The notes beneath the pieces are model-generated. The model did no database searches. It was given only the letters and a program-made list of their open reading frames with translations, and had not been told where the DNA came from. A stretch of 64,000 bases of DNA, taken from Spirochaetia bacterium. GTDB lineage: Bacteria; Spirochaetota; Spirochaetia; DSM-16054; Sediminispirochaetaceae. Positions 22,576 through 33,149 of this stretch are shown piece after piece (the first letter of the stretch is position 1; each line of letters opens with the position of its first letter). The position numbers and the translations under genes are program-made. The stretch spans positions 128,001 through 192,000 of the forward strand of contig JAXHMY010000008.1 in NCBI GenBank assembly GCA_034520965.1, in the 5' to 3' direction.

Positions 22576-23595
22576 ATGATCCCTGTATTCCGACCTTCAA
22601 TCCGGCGCAAAGAGATGGACGCCGTTTTGTCATGTCTTGTATCAGATAGCATTAGCAATGGGCCCATCGCTAAGCAATTTACCCGGGAACTGTCTGCTTT
22701 TTTTGAGACGGATGGCGGGGTTCTGCTGCGCGAGTACGAACGGGCCATTGATATATCCTTAGAAGCCCTCGAATTAGAGCAGGGTTCCGGTATTATTATC
22801 TCGCCTTTAAGCTCTTCCTTGTATAAGCAGCGGATTGAAGCGAAAGGGTATGTAATGCTGTTGGCAGATGTCGATCCTGATACTCTGACTATCGATCTGA
22901 GTAAAGCCGAAATACTTGCTGAGGAAGCATCGGCCATCGTTGTGGACTCTCCCTTTGGTTTTATCCCGGATATGGACCGGATAGTTGAATTGGGCCTTCC
23001 AATTGTAGAGGACATAAGTATGTCTATTGGCGGGAATACGGGTAATTCACTGTGCGGTTCTTACGGAGATATTGTGATACTTCGAATGGAACCGCAGGAC
23101 CCACTCAATGCGGGGGGTGGAACTGCGGTTATCAGCTCAAGAAAAAAGTATACTTCAAAACTGAAAAAAATTTATGCAGAATGGCCGCCGCAAAGGCTCC
23201 TTCCGGATCTAAACAGCAGTCTTGGATTTGCACAATTTAAAGATCAAGAGAATTTTTTTCTGAAGCGACGGGAGATTTTCAGCCTCTATATTAATGCGGT
23301 TAGAAAAGGACGTCATACCACGCCGGTTCAGAAGGGCGAGGCTGAGCATGTGCCGTGTACCTTCCCGGTGTTTGTGAAGGGCGGAGTGAAGGATGTGCAA
23401 GCCTATGCCCGTAAAAAAGGGGTTGCTACATTGCAGGCTTTTTCCGACAGTATTATTGCATTCAGCGATGCAGATACGGATTCCTGCGAAGGTGCCCGGC
23501 AAATTTACCGCCGCTGTGTACTTTTTCCTTTGTATCCGATGCTGTCTAACTATGAAATAGAGACTGTCAGCAAGGTCCTTTCAACCTTGCCGTAA
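22576..23595 (+). CDS. DegT/DnrJ/EryC1/StrS aminotransferase-family protein, apparently lacking the catalytic Lys
   Basis: MIPVFRP, ADVDPDT, IVEDIS, G.YGD, AGGG and LFPLYPML fit the fold; the Lys position is occupied by Asp. Confidence 0.8.
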   Translation: MIPVFRPSIRRKEMDAVLSCLVSDSISNGPIAKQFTRELSAFFETDGGVLLREYERAIDISLEALELEQGSGIIISPLSSSLYKQRIEAKGYVMLLADVDPDTLTIDLSKAEILAEEASAIVVDSPFGFIPDMDRIVELGLPIVEDISMSIGGNTGNSLCGSYGDIVILRMEPQDPLNAGGGTAVISSRKKYTSKLKKIYAEWPPQRLLPDLNSSLGFAQFKDQENFFLKRREIFSLYINAVRKGRHTTPVQKGEAEHVPCTFPVFVKGGVKDVQAYARKKGVATLQAFSDSIIAFSDADTDSCEGARQIYRRCVLFPLYPMLSNYEIETVSKVLSTLP

Positions 23596-23606
23596 TAGGA
23601 TAAGCA

Positions 23607-24461
23607 ATGGTGCGAATGATCAAAAGAGTTTTAATAATCGCTAATCTTCACAAAACCGAAGCAACTGAGCTGATCAAAGAGATTAAAGGTTATATGGGTG
23701 AGCGTGGTATTGAAACAGAGGTTTTCGGCTTTAAGGGCAGACCCCAAATTCCCTCGCTTGAAGGCATAGATTTTGTGTTCTCCCTTGGAGGTGACGGAAC
23801 TGTACTGTTTAGCTCCCGTATAGTCGAAAGCCGGGGAATACCTATTTTAGCGGTTAATCTAGGCGCTTTTGGTTTTATTACTGAGATTTCCCAGCATGAA
23901 TGGCGCTCTGCATTTGAAAAATATGTGGAGGGAGAATTGGGCCTTTCAAGGCGCATCATGGTTAAGGTAATGGTAGAGCGCCAAGGAAAGCGAATTGCCA
24001 CTTTCAGAGGCCTCAATGATGCGGTTATCAGCGGTGTAGGTATTTCAAAGATCGTCAGTCTCAACTTAACCCTCAACAAAACCTCCCTGGGACAATACCG
24101 TGCCGATGGAATTATTGTCTCTACACCTACCGGATCAACAGCTTATAGTGTTGCCGCCGGCGGGCCCATTCTGGATCCTGAGATCGAAGCTTTTATACTC
24201 AATCCGATTTGCCCGTTTACTCTCAGCAATCGGCCGATTGTTGTTTCGGGAAATGATGTTATTTTTGCAAATGTAGAGCCCGAACAACGGGCAGAATTGC
24301 TGCTTTCTATAGATGGACAGGAAGAATTTCCCCTTGAAAAGGGCGATAACATTATTTTTGAGAAATCCCACAGCAAAGCCCTCCTGGTACGCTCCGATAA
24401 AAGAAACTTCTATGAAGTTCTCCGTTCAAAACTGAATTGGTCCGGAGGTTCGAATGCTTGA
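23607..24461 (+). CDS. nadK: NAD kinase
   Basis: LGGDGT, LND, DGIIVSTPTGSTAYS and PICPFTL. Confidence 0.96.
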   Translation: MVRMIKRVLIIANLHKTEATELIKEIKGYMGERGIETEVFGFKGRPQIPSLEGIDFVFSLGGDGTVLFSSRIVESRGIPILAVNLGAFGFITEISQHEWRSAFEKYVEGELGLSRRIMVKVMVERQGKRIATFRGLNDAVISGVGISKIVSLNLTLNKTSLGQYRADGIIVSTPTGSTAYSVAAGGPILDPEIEAFILNPICPFTLSNRPIVVSGNDVIFANVEPEQRAELLLSIDGQEEFPLEKGDNIIFEKSHSKALLVRSDKRNFYEVLRSKLNWSGGSNA

Positions 24462-26145
24462 GGAGCTTACAATTCGTAATTATGCCCTCATTGATCAACT
24501 TGACGTGCATTTTGAACCCGGTCTAAATATTCTTTCAGGTGAGACAGGTGCCGGTAAGTCGATTGTAGTGGGAGCTCTCGGACTGTTGCTGGGTGATAAG
24601 GGAGAAGCGGGTGCAATCCGCAGCGGGAGTGAACAGGCAGAGGTAACCGGTTTAATTAGGGTCGATGCTCACCCTGAAGCACAGCAGTGGCTGGAGGCTC
24701 GTGATCTGCAGCCGGAGGACGGTACTGTGCTCTTGCGCAGATTGGTGCGGAGCTCAGGGCAGGGCTCCAGTTTTATTCAGAGTTCCAAGATAACTCGTAA
24801 GGATTTACAGGAGTTTACTTCTTTTCTTATAGATATGCACGGGCAGCACGAACACCAATCGCTGTTGTCTATCGATAACCACCGGCGTCTGCTCGATCAA
24901 TACGCCGGAAATGTTGAGCTGGCGGCTGCCCTTTACTCTGATTTTTACCAGTTGAGCAGACTGAAACAGGAGTTGGAGCAATTAAAGAAATCTGAACAGC
25001 AACTGCTGCGGGAGAAGGATCTGCTGGAGTTTTCGATACAGGAAATCGATCAAGCCGAACTTAAGCAGGGTGAAGAAGAAGATTTGATCCAAGAGCGAAA
25101 TATGCTGAACCAGTACGAGAAACTGTTTGGCCTGTTTCAAAGCTGCCGCGGCAGTTTAGCTGAAACGGAAGGAGGCAGTCTGGCTTCTCTTCGGGAAGGG
25201 GTACGTGCGCTCCAGCGGATTGCGGAAATCCTTCCGGATATGGCCGAGCATAGTTCGCGCCTGGAGAATGCGTTTTACGAGGTCGAGGATATCCTGCAGG
25301 CAGTAAAGGCGCGGCAGGATGGTATCTCTTATAGCCCGGACCGGCTCGAGGCCTGTGAGGAGAGACTACAGCAGATACATAGGCTTGAGAAAAAATACGG
25401 TGAGAGTATTGAAGCGGTATTAGCCTATCGTTCAAGCTCACAAGAGCGTCTCTCCTCGATGGAACACCAAGAGGAACAGCAGGCTAAGCTATCGGCGGAA
25501 ATAGAGAGTCTAGAGGCCCAGGTGGTGAACCAGGCAAAACAGCTCTCGAGTCGCCGAAGGTCCGCTGCCGACGAATTAGAGAAGAAGATAGAAGCAAAGC
25601 TGCACTCCCTGGGCATGGAAAACTCCCATTTTAAGATCGCCAGTACCTATCGTGAAAGTAAAAACGGGGGACACGCCTGCGGGCCCTACGGGTATGACAG
25701 AATTGAATTCCAAATTTCTCCTAACCGCGGTGAGGAGATGCATCCATTAAAGGATATTGCCTCGGGCGGGGAAATTTCCAGAATAATGTTAGCTATTAAA
25801 AGTGTTTTTGCCGAAACTGACCACATTTCCGCCTTGATTTTTGATGAAATTGATGTGGGTATCGGAGGCGAGGTAGCCAGAGCGGTAGGCGACCATCTTG
25901 CCCAGCTTGGAGTACACAAGCAAATTCTCTGCATCACACACCTTGCCTCAATCGCTGTTCGTGCCGATAATCATTTAAAAGTGGTGAAATACGAGCAGGA
26001 AGGCAGAACCCTTACTAAAGTAGAACCGGTACAGGACATACAGAGGGTAGAGGAAATTGCACGGATGCTTTCCGGAGATCGAAAGGATGAAACTTCTAGG
26101 CGCCATGCATTGGAATTGCTGGAACGTTATCATCCGGAGGAGTGA
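24454..26145 (+). CDS. recN: DNA repair protein RecN
   Basis: SGETGAGKS, HGQHEHQ, ASGGEISR, FDEIDVG and ITHL. Confidence 0.97.
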   Translation: MLEELTIRNYALIDQLDVHFEPGLNILSGETGAGKSIVVGALGLLLGDKGEAGAIRSGSEQAEVTGLIRVDAHPEAQQWLEARDLQPEDGTVLLRRLVRSSGQGSSFIQSSKITRKDLQEFTSFLIDMHGQHEHQSLLSIDNHRRLLDQYAGNVELAAALYSDFYQLSRLKQELEQLKKSEQQLLREKDLLEFSIQEIDQAELKQGEEEDLIQERNMLNQYEKLFGLFQSCRGSLAETEGGSLASLREGVRALQRIAEILPDMAEHSSRLENAFYEVEDILQAVKARQDGISYSPDRLEACEERLQQIHRLEKKYGESIEAVLAYRSSSQERLSSMEHQEEQQAKLSAEIESLEAQVVNQAKQLSSRRRSAADELEKKIEAKLHSLGMENSHFKIASTYRESKNGGHACGPYGYDRIEFQISPNRGEEMHPLKDIASGGEISRIMLAIKSVFAETDHISALIFDEIDVGIGGEVARAVGDHLAQLGVHKQILCITHLASIAVRADNHLKVVKYEQEGRTLTKVEPVQDIQRVEEIARMLSGDRKDETSRRHALELLERYHPEE

Positions 26146-26960
26146 AGGTGGCAAAGGTAAGCAGTGAAGCAAAACGACGATATTATGAAAAAATAAAAGA
26201 ATACAAGAGTATTGTCGATAAGATGTCTCAGCATGAAACCAGTATTCAACAGATTATGGATAACCAGGAGAAAGGGCAGGCGTATAAACGTCTGACTCTG
26301 GCCGATGAAGGTCTGAATATGGTTTCATATTATCTATTGATGAATCATCTCTCGGTTTCACTGCTTGGTATTAAAAATGAAGGCTTTCTTAATAATGCCA
26401 GAAAGGCATGCTACAAAAGTATTATCTACCTAGAAGACGTAGTGACCAACTATATCGATGTTCCCTATTCGGAATATGAAGCTTATCTGGACGAAATAGT
26501 TGAATTTGATTATAAACAGAGGTGGGAGCTGCTGTCGAAGCTCGGATTTGCAACCGATGCTATTATTGAAAGCTATGGGTCAAACTCAAAGTGGAAGTGG
26601 TCGTTTGTTGAGCTCGAAGGGCGATTCGCCACTATCTCAAAAAATATGCTGAATCTGAAGCAGCTGGTTGGACAACTCGATCCCAGAGCCGAGGGCTATA
26701 AAGTATACAAGGCTCATCTGACAATGGTAAAGCAGCTATTAGGGGAAGCATCCAACAATTACCGGCAAAAGTATGAGCTGTCGACCCTTAGAATCGATGA
26801 CTTCAAACTGGCAATCCGTTATCTCGCAGCTCTGCGGCGTTTACACATGCTGCTTGGCGAGGTTGAAGAGAGCGAAGTGATTAAGAAAAAAATAGATGTA
26901 TGGAAGAGCAAAATGGAAGCAGATAGTAAAAGCCAAGAAAGCACAAAAAAGCGTGGTTAG
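26142..26960 (+). CDS. Hypothetical all-alpha protein coupled to recN
   Basis: 272-aa ORF whose start overlaps the recN stop (GTGA); helical, Lys/Tyr-rich. Confidence 0.8.
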   Translation: MKVAKVSSEAKRRYYEKIKEYKSIVDKMSQHETSIQQIMDNQEKGQAYKRLTLADEGLNMVSYYLLMNHLSVSLLGIKNEGFLNNARKACYKSIIYLEDVVTNYIDVPYSEYEAYLDEIVEFDYKQRWELLSKLGFATDAIIESYGSNSKWKWSFVELEGRFATISKNMLNLKQLVGQLDPRAEGYKVYKAHLTMVKQLLGEASNNYRQKYELSTLRIDDFKLAIRYLAALRRLHMLLGEVEESEVIKKKIDVWKSKMEADSKSQESTKKRG

Positions 26961-26967
26961 ATAGTCT

Positions 26968-28070
26968 ATGAGCATTGACAGAGGGTTTCTCTTCAGGGCT
27001 ATCGCAATTATTGCTGTTCTGGTGTATGCGCTTTTGGGAAGTTACACAATTAAACCTGGTAATGCGTATATACAGGAATGGACAATTGATGTTCAAACAA
27101 AAACTATTGATTCGGACTCAACTGATTCAGACTCAACAGAGGGAATATCTGCAGAGGAATGGATACCCTTTCGAGTAGAAGACTCTTTTGGTTTTGTAAG
27201 TGCTGGCGGGAAACTCCTTCAGAGCTCTTCAATAGATTGGAATATAGCTCTTGGGGAAAGTAGCCTATTGTAACTATACAAATCAGGGGAGTGATCTGGT
27301 AATCAAGAGATCCTATTCGGGATTACTCGTACCCCTTAAGTGTTGAAGGATATCCGGTAGTACGTGGCGGCGATTATTTTGTTCTAAGCCGGGATTTAAC
27401 CGGGGTTTTTGCGTACAGTGCCGCCGGGGAATTCTTATTCAGTAAAGAATTTTCAAGCATCATAACCTCTCTTGATGCGGTCGAGGATACTGTTGGAATA
27501 GGTTTACTCAATGGCAGGGTTGAGTTGTTTAATAAGGACGGCAGCTACCAGACAGGCATACGACCAGAAACCAGTCGAATTAATGTAGTATATGGTACAG
27601 CTTTGTCTTATGCAAACCAGAAAGCAGCTATTGTTCATGGTATCGATCCACAGTTTCTTTCCCTGTACCAGTTTGATGGAAAAAACCCCCAGCGCCTCAG
27701 CCAGATTGAGATCTCGGATCCCAGGCGTTCTCAGGCAAAAATAGCTTTTTCAGAAAATGGCGAATATCTTTTATGGGAGACTGCGACGGATGTACTGGTT
27801 ATGTCGACTGAAGAGCCAATAGAAAGCTTTTCGCTTCCCCTCTCCGGTACGCTGGTCGATTTTGAATTTTTCTCCGAATTGGATGCGATTTATGTATTGG
27901 AGGAGGAGCAGGAATCGGCTGTATTGTATATTTATTCTGCCGATGGCAGGCGGTACAGTAAAGAAGCGTTCTCCGGCCGGCCGCAGTGGCTATCCCGGGC
28001 TGAAGGTAATCTTTATCTAGGAACCGGTTCTCTTTTAAGGAAAGTAGCTATCGAGAGGTTTTCTAAATGA
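26968..28070 (+). CDS. Hypothetical exported protein, possibly beta-propeller-like (broken by indels near 27260-27350)
   Basis: N-terminal TM/signal ORF 26968-27273 and C-terminal ORF ending at 28070; the gap looks coding. Confidence 0.55.
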
Positions 28071-28953
28071 AGAATGTAATTTCTATATTAGTGCTCAGTA
28101 TGTTTTTTTATTCAGCAGTTTCAACTTTGTATTCCTTTGAGTGGCCGGTTAAGGATCCCCAAATAGTATCAAGCTTTGGAAGTAAGGCCGGTGAGAGTTA
28201 TAATAAGGGGATTGAGATATTCTCATCCGCAGGAGTTGTCTCTCCGATTGAGGCCGGGGAGCTTGTATTGCGCTCCAGTGAATATGCAAAGGGGGTGCAT
28301 GATCTGCCTTCCCCCCTGGGCAACTTGGCGGTTCTTCAGCATGAGCGCGGAATTCAGTCGATCTATGGTCATCTTGGTTCTCCTGGGCAATGGAGGAAGT
28401 TCCTTTTTATGATATCACCGATCAGCTCGGTACAATCGGAAGCAGCGGAACTATAGAGGCGGAGTTTGTATATCTGCAAATAATTGACAGTGAAGTAAAT
28501 CGCTACGTGAACCCCCTGCTGTCACTGCCGTCAATAGGTGATACCGCTGAGCCGCAGCTGAAAGAAGTGACCTTAAGCAGTGCTATAGACTCATTTCCTT
28601 TGGAGAGTACTACAATCGTTCCACAAGGCAGCTATAGGCTTTCCATAAATACCTTTGATGAAAGTAGCGCCGGAGGCACAGTGCATAGGATGGCCCCCTA
28701 TTCCATAAAGGTATATATCAACGGTGAGGCTAGGGATGCGTTAAGCTTCGAATCACTGACTATTCGAGACTGGAGTGCAGTGCCTACAGCTCCGCCGGCT
28801 CAAAAGGCCACACAGCTCTATTCCAGCCCCTGGGAATTCCAATTGGGGGATGTAACTCTACAACCGGGTGAGGCTGCAGTTGAGATTTTTGTGAATGATT
28901 TTTCCGGGAACGAAGCTGTCCGAACTTACCGAATAGAGGTGTCGTCCAATTGA
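28067..28953 (+). CDS. M23/LytM-family protein, degenerate metal site (apparent frameshift near 28385)
   Basis: WPV...IVSSFG...NKGIEI...GN...YGHL, then (second frame) LGTIGSSG...VNPL. Confidence 0.7.
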
Positions 28954-29807
28954 AAACCTTCTCTAAAACTCCTCAGGAGGCCACATCCATACATATAAGC
29001 TGCCCAATTTGCGGAGATGTTCCCTTTACCGCTGCATGGAAACTGGAAGGATTCACCTTTTCACGATGTTCCGGCTGTAGTTTACTCTATCAGAATCCCC
29101 AGCCCGTGCAGAGCGAGCTTATAGAACGGTATGACGACGAGTACTTTGAATATGAAATTGAAAACCAGGAATCTTTCCTTCAGCTGAATTTGCTCGGCTT
29201 AAAAGATGTCGGTTTTTTCGATAATATACAACCAGAGGTCTTTGCAGGGCAGACAATCCCCCGCTTCTTGGATGTGGGCTGCGCAACAGGTCGTTTGCTT
29301 GAGTATCTCCAGCAGCGGGGGTGGCAAGAGCAGGGGGTTGAGGTATGTGAATCTGCGGCTGATTACGGGCGTCGGCTCCGAGGTGTTTCTATCTTTACAG
29401 GGACCCTGGAAGAGGCTCATTTGCCTGCTGCAGGCTTCGAGATAGTGCATGCGAGCCATGTCATTGAACACCTGCAGTCTCCAGGAGATTTTATCAGCGA
29501 GGCCTACCGCTTATTAAAGCCTGAAGGGTATTTAATTTTAATTACTCCAAACAGCGACGGTTTTCAGGCTAAGCTGATGCGCAGCCGGTGGAGGTCTGCA
29601 ATAGCCGACCACATGGTGTTATTTTCCCGGAAGACTCTCACACTCCTGCTTGAAAAACACGGATTTTACGTCGAGCAGAGCGCCACCTGGGGAGGAATTC
29701 CCCAGGGTATGGCCCTGACTGTAATTAAGAAAAATGCGGACCGAATAGCTAAGTACTTTGGCTGGGGAGATGTTATGGCGCTTCGCGCTCGTAAAAAACA
29801 TGGGTGA
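28950..29807 (+). CDS. Class I SAM-dependent methyltransferase with N-terminal CxxC/CxxC
   Basis: LDVGCATG, HVIEHL and LKPEG. Confidence 0.9.
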   Translation: MKTFSKTPQEATSIHISCPICGDVPFTAAWKLEGFTFSRCSGCSLLYQNPQPVQSELIERYDDEYFEYEIENQESFLQLNLLGLKDVGFFDNIQPEVFAGQTIPRFLDVGCATGRLLEYLQQRGWQEQGVEVCESAADYGRRLRGVSIFTGTLEEAHLPAAGFEIVHASHVIEHLQSPGDFISEAYRLLKPEGYLILITPNSDGFQAKLMRSRWRSAIADHMVLFSRKTLTLLLEKHGFYVEQSATWGGIPQGMALTVIKKNADRIAKYFGWGDVMALRARKKHG

Positions 29808-29809
29808 TA

Positions 29810-32198
29810 TCATCTGCATAAATACCCATCACCTGGGAAAGATTCAAAACCATTTCTAATTTTTCCTTTTCCTTCGAGCTTAAAGCCGATAGTTTCATTC
29901 TTATCAATCTCTTTATAGAAGCCTCGCTGTTTTTTTACCAGTTTCTTCCGATATCGATTCAGCTGTGCAAATACGACTTTTTGCGGGATGGTGAAATCGG
30001 GCTCGATAGATACTAAACGGAGTGCATGAATGAGACGTACCATATAGGCGCACTCTTTCATGCAGCCATCGGCTTTAAGCTGTTCAAAAAACGTCCAGAG
30101 AAGCTGGGTAAGTTGATCGGTGATGCGTTTGGTTTCAATATTTATGCTAAACCGTGCAGAGAACTGGAGTATATCTTCTACTTTTCCAATATCCTCTTCC
30201 GATAAGATGCGTGTTCCCAGCTGCAATTGACGGTAGAGCAGGGTTGTAACGGCTATTTCCGCGGAATGACGAATAACCGGAGGTATTTCAGTGCCCAGTT
30301 TGGCGGCCTCTGTTACCGCAAATCGAATATCTTCAAAAGTTTGCGCGGAGTTTTCAGCAAGGGTGGTTTCGGTAGATCGTACGAGATAGTCAGTTAAGTT
30401 CTGTCGCAATTCCAAGGGCAGTTGTGACAGGTCCTCAATAAACTCCTTGGCCTGACTAAAGAGCAGATTTTTAACGGTAATGTGAAGGCTTCCGACATCC
30501 TTCGTCTCAGCTTTGAATTCAAATTTAAAATTCTGCTGCCGGGTGGTATCAATCAGGTGTAGATTGGCGGTGAGAGGGCTTTTCGAGATTTCCTGCATGT
30601 CTAACAGTGCAAAATACCCATATTGTGATCGAGATTTTTCCTGTCTGTATATTAGACGACGAATAAAAAAATAGGATGCAGCTTCAATCCCATCCGTCTG
30701 AGCTAAGGCTGCTTCCCGTTCGAGTATATCCCGGCCCGAGCCTTCAGATTTATGGTTGCTTAAAGCCGTTTCCAGATCAATGGATAGTATTTTATACAAG
30801 TTTTTTGAAGTAAAAGAATTATATAGAGTAAGAGCTTTTAATGCATAACGTATATTCTGCACTGGTTCTATGCCGGCGATGTCGGCAAAAAACCAGCCGC
30901 AGGAGGTAAACATGTAAAGACGATATTTTTGTCCCTCCAACAAGCTCAATAGGGTGGCAATATGTTCCTCGCTTTGCTTTTCAGAGAAAAGATGTTTTTG
31001 GGCAAACTCCGTAGGTGTAGTCTGTTGAGTTAATACCTGTATGTATTCCTGCAGCAGCAGTTTAGGTACAGTTGCGGTGAGACGGGGAACCTCGTTCTGA
31101 AATACTTCCAACATTTGATCACTTAGCTTTTGAAAGCCCTTTCTCAAGGGAGTCCTCCACTTCTGGTTCCAGCTTGGTTTGCCGCCGGTTGAACAACCGC
31201 AATCTTTGTACCACCGCGATACTCCATGATGGCAGCTCCACGAGCTGCCCCGCTTCTCTTCCCCCTTCCTAAGACGAACTTTGTATTTGGGAGGGAACTG
31301 CTCTAAATAGTTTGCGTAATTAGTAAACTCGAAATGCGAATCCTGCTCGATGTGCTGTTGCAGGGCAGCCAGGCACATGTCACCAAAGGGTTCATGGTGT
31401 CCGTAAATCTCACCGTCTGTAGCAACATGAATCAAATGCCCTGGGTCGGCATTGTTATGGTAAGTCAACAGGCGGTTATAAAGGGCATCGGCACTTCGAA
31501 GGTAATGCTCAAAGCTGATCCCCTGGGCCAGCTCTTGATTGTAGAAAAATGCAGCTAAATCACCGGCCGGCCGTTCTATTTTGTAGGATCGCCAGAAGGG
31601 TGCCGGCTCGTTTTCAAGCTCCTGCCATTCTTCGGATCCTTCAGCGTATATAGCCTCCGCCTGCCAGGGAGAAAGAATTACATAATTAACCCCCAGATCC
31701 AGCAGGATGTCCGCCACCGTTTCGTTTACCGCTGTTTCGGGCAGCCAAATCCCCTCTGATTTCCGTCCAAAGTGGTATTCAAAGTCGGCCAGCCCCCACT
31801 CAATCTGAAGGCGAGCATCTTCAGCGGAGTCCAGAGGTAGAATTGTGTGGTTGTACGCTTGGGCGATTGCATTTCCATGGCCGTTATTCTGTGTAACACT
31901 TAGGCGGTCGGCCTCGATAATGGCTTCATACACATGGGGTGCATGGGTTTTCAACCACCAAAATAGAGTGGGCCCGAAAGTTAAATGAGAGTATTTTGTA
32001 GTTATTTATAATATCTTCAATTCTGCCGTCGAAGCGTAGTACCCGGGATGCCGCGTTGGCAGCATAACATTCACGGGTAATCCTGTGGTTCCAGTCGTGA
32101 AACGGAGCTGCTGAAGGCTGCATAGCGACGATACCTGTCCAGGGGTCCTCCCTTGGGGGTTGATAAAAATGGCCATGGAATACTAAATAGTTTTTCAT
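29810..32198 (-). CDS. GH57-family glycoside hydrolase with DUF3536 (apparent 1-nt insertion near 31976)
   Basis: HGHFYQPPRE, SFNF-GPTL across the shift, YNHTILP, GIWLPET, DGEIYGHH, SSWSC and MFTSCGWFF. Confidence 0.88.
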
Positions 32199-32346
32199 AC
32201 CATAATTCTAACTAATCACTAAAGATTGTAAAGCTCATTAGGCATTAGAGTTAAGAAAAATCTTACAGATAACGGAATGTTCAGCGCAGGGTTGACATAA
32301 CCGTGAATAATTTCCTAGTATAACGTACCTCATATATGGAGGCCAT

Positions 32347-33099
32347 ATGACAAGAGAGAAGCTACAGTCTCTTTCCGAAGAGCAGTTACAATGTATTGCA
32401 AAACGTGAGGGAATCTTCAAGCATAATGATGCCCATCGGGAAAAGTTGGTTGATCTTATTCTTGAAGCCCTGGAAGAAGATCGTGATGAGCGTGAGTTTA
32501 GCAATAACTCGGCTATGCGATTGGAGCATAAAAAATACGATATTCTTCGGGATGAAGAAATTGATGTGCTCACCCAGGATGAATTTCCGCTTCCGAGTTC
32601 CTATTCAGACACTCGAATTGTGCTTCTATTGCGCGACCCCCTTTGGGTATACGTATACTGGGATATTAACAAGGCGCAATTAGATGCTTTGAAGGAAGAA
32701 CCTTTTTTTGAAGGCTTATTTCTGCGGGTGTATGAGTTTAATGGAGATATTCCGGAGAAAAGCAATATTATTAACTTTTTTGATATTCCAATTGAAGAGA
32801 CGGACTGCAGTTGGTACGTCAACCTCAACCGCAACGGAAATGATTATTTTGTTGACCTGCGCTGTAGGGTGATGCACAAAGAGCGTCTGATGGCATCGTC
32901 AAATGCAGTTCACAGTCCTCGAGGCTATTTTGCCCGAAATCAGAAGGAATTTTACGACGATCCCAGCGCAATGATGCTGATGCTTTCGGGGTTGTGGAAC
33001 TATGAGGAGGGGGCTGTTGAAACCCAGGAAATCCCCCAGAGAATTATCTCAATCTTAGATACCCACAATATTGAACTTGAAACGTCTTACGAGAAGTAA
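32347..33099 (+). CDS. DUF4912 domain protein
   Basis: LPSSYSDTRIVLLLRDPLWVYVYWD, LRVY, WYV and SN.V.SP; GGAGG RBS. Confidence 0.85.
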   Translation: MTREKLQSLSEEQLQCIAKREGIFKHNDAHREKLVDLILEALEEDRDEREFSNNSAMRLEHKKYDILRDEEIDVLTQDEFPLPSSYSDTRIVLLLRDPLWVYVYWDINKAQLDALKEEPFFEGLFLRVYEFNGDIPEKSNIINFFDIPIEETDCSWYVNLNRNGNDYFVDLRCRVMHKERLMASSNAVHSPRGYFARNQKEFYDDPSAMMLMLSGLWNYEEGAVETQEIPQRIISILDTHNIELETSYEK

Positions 33100-33149
33100 C
33101 AACTTCCAAGAAGTATCGTCTTCAAACAAGTAAATTAGAAGGATTTTTG

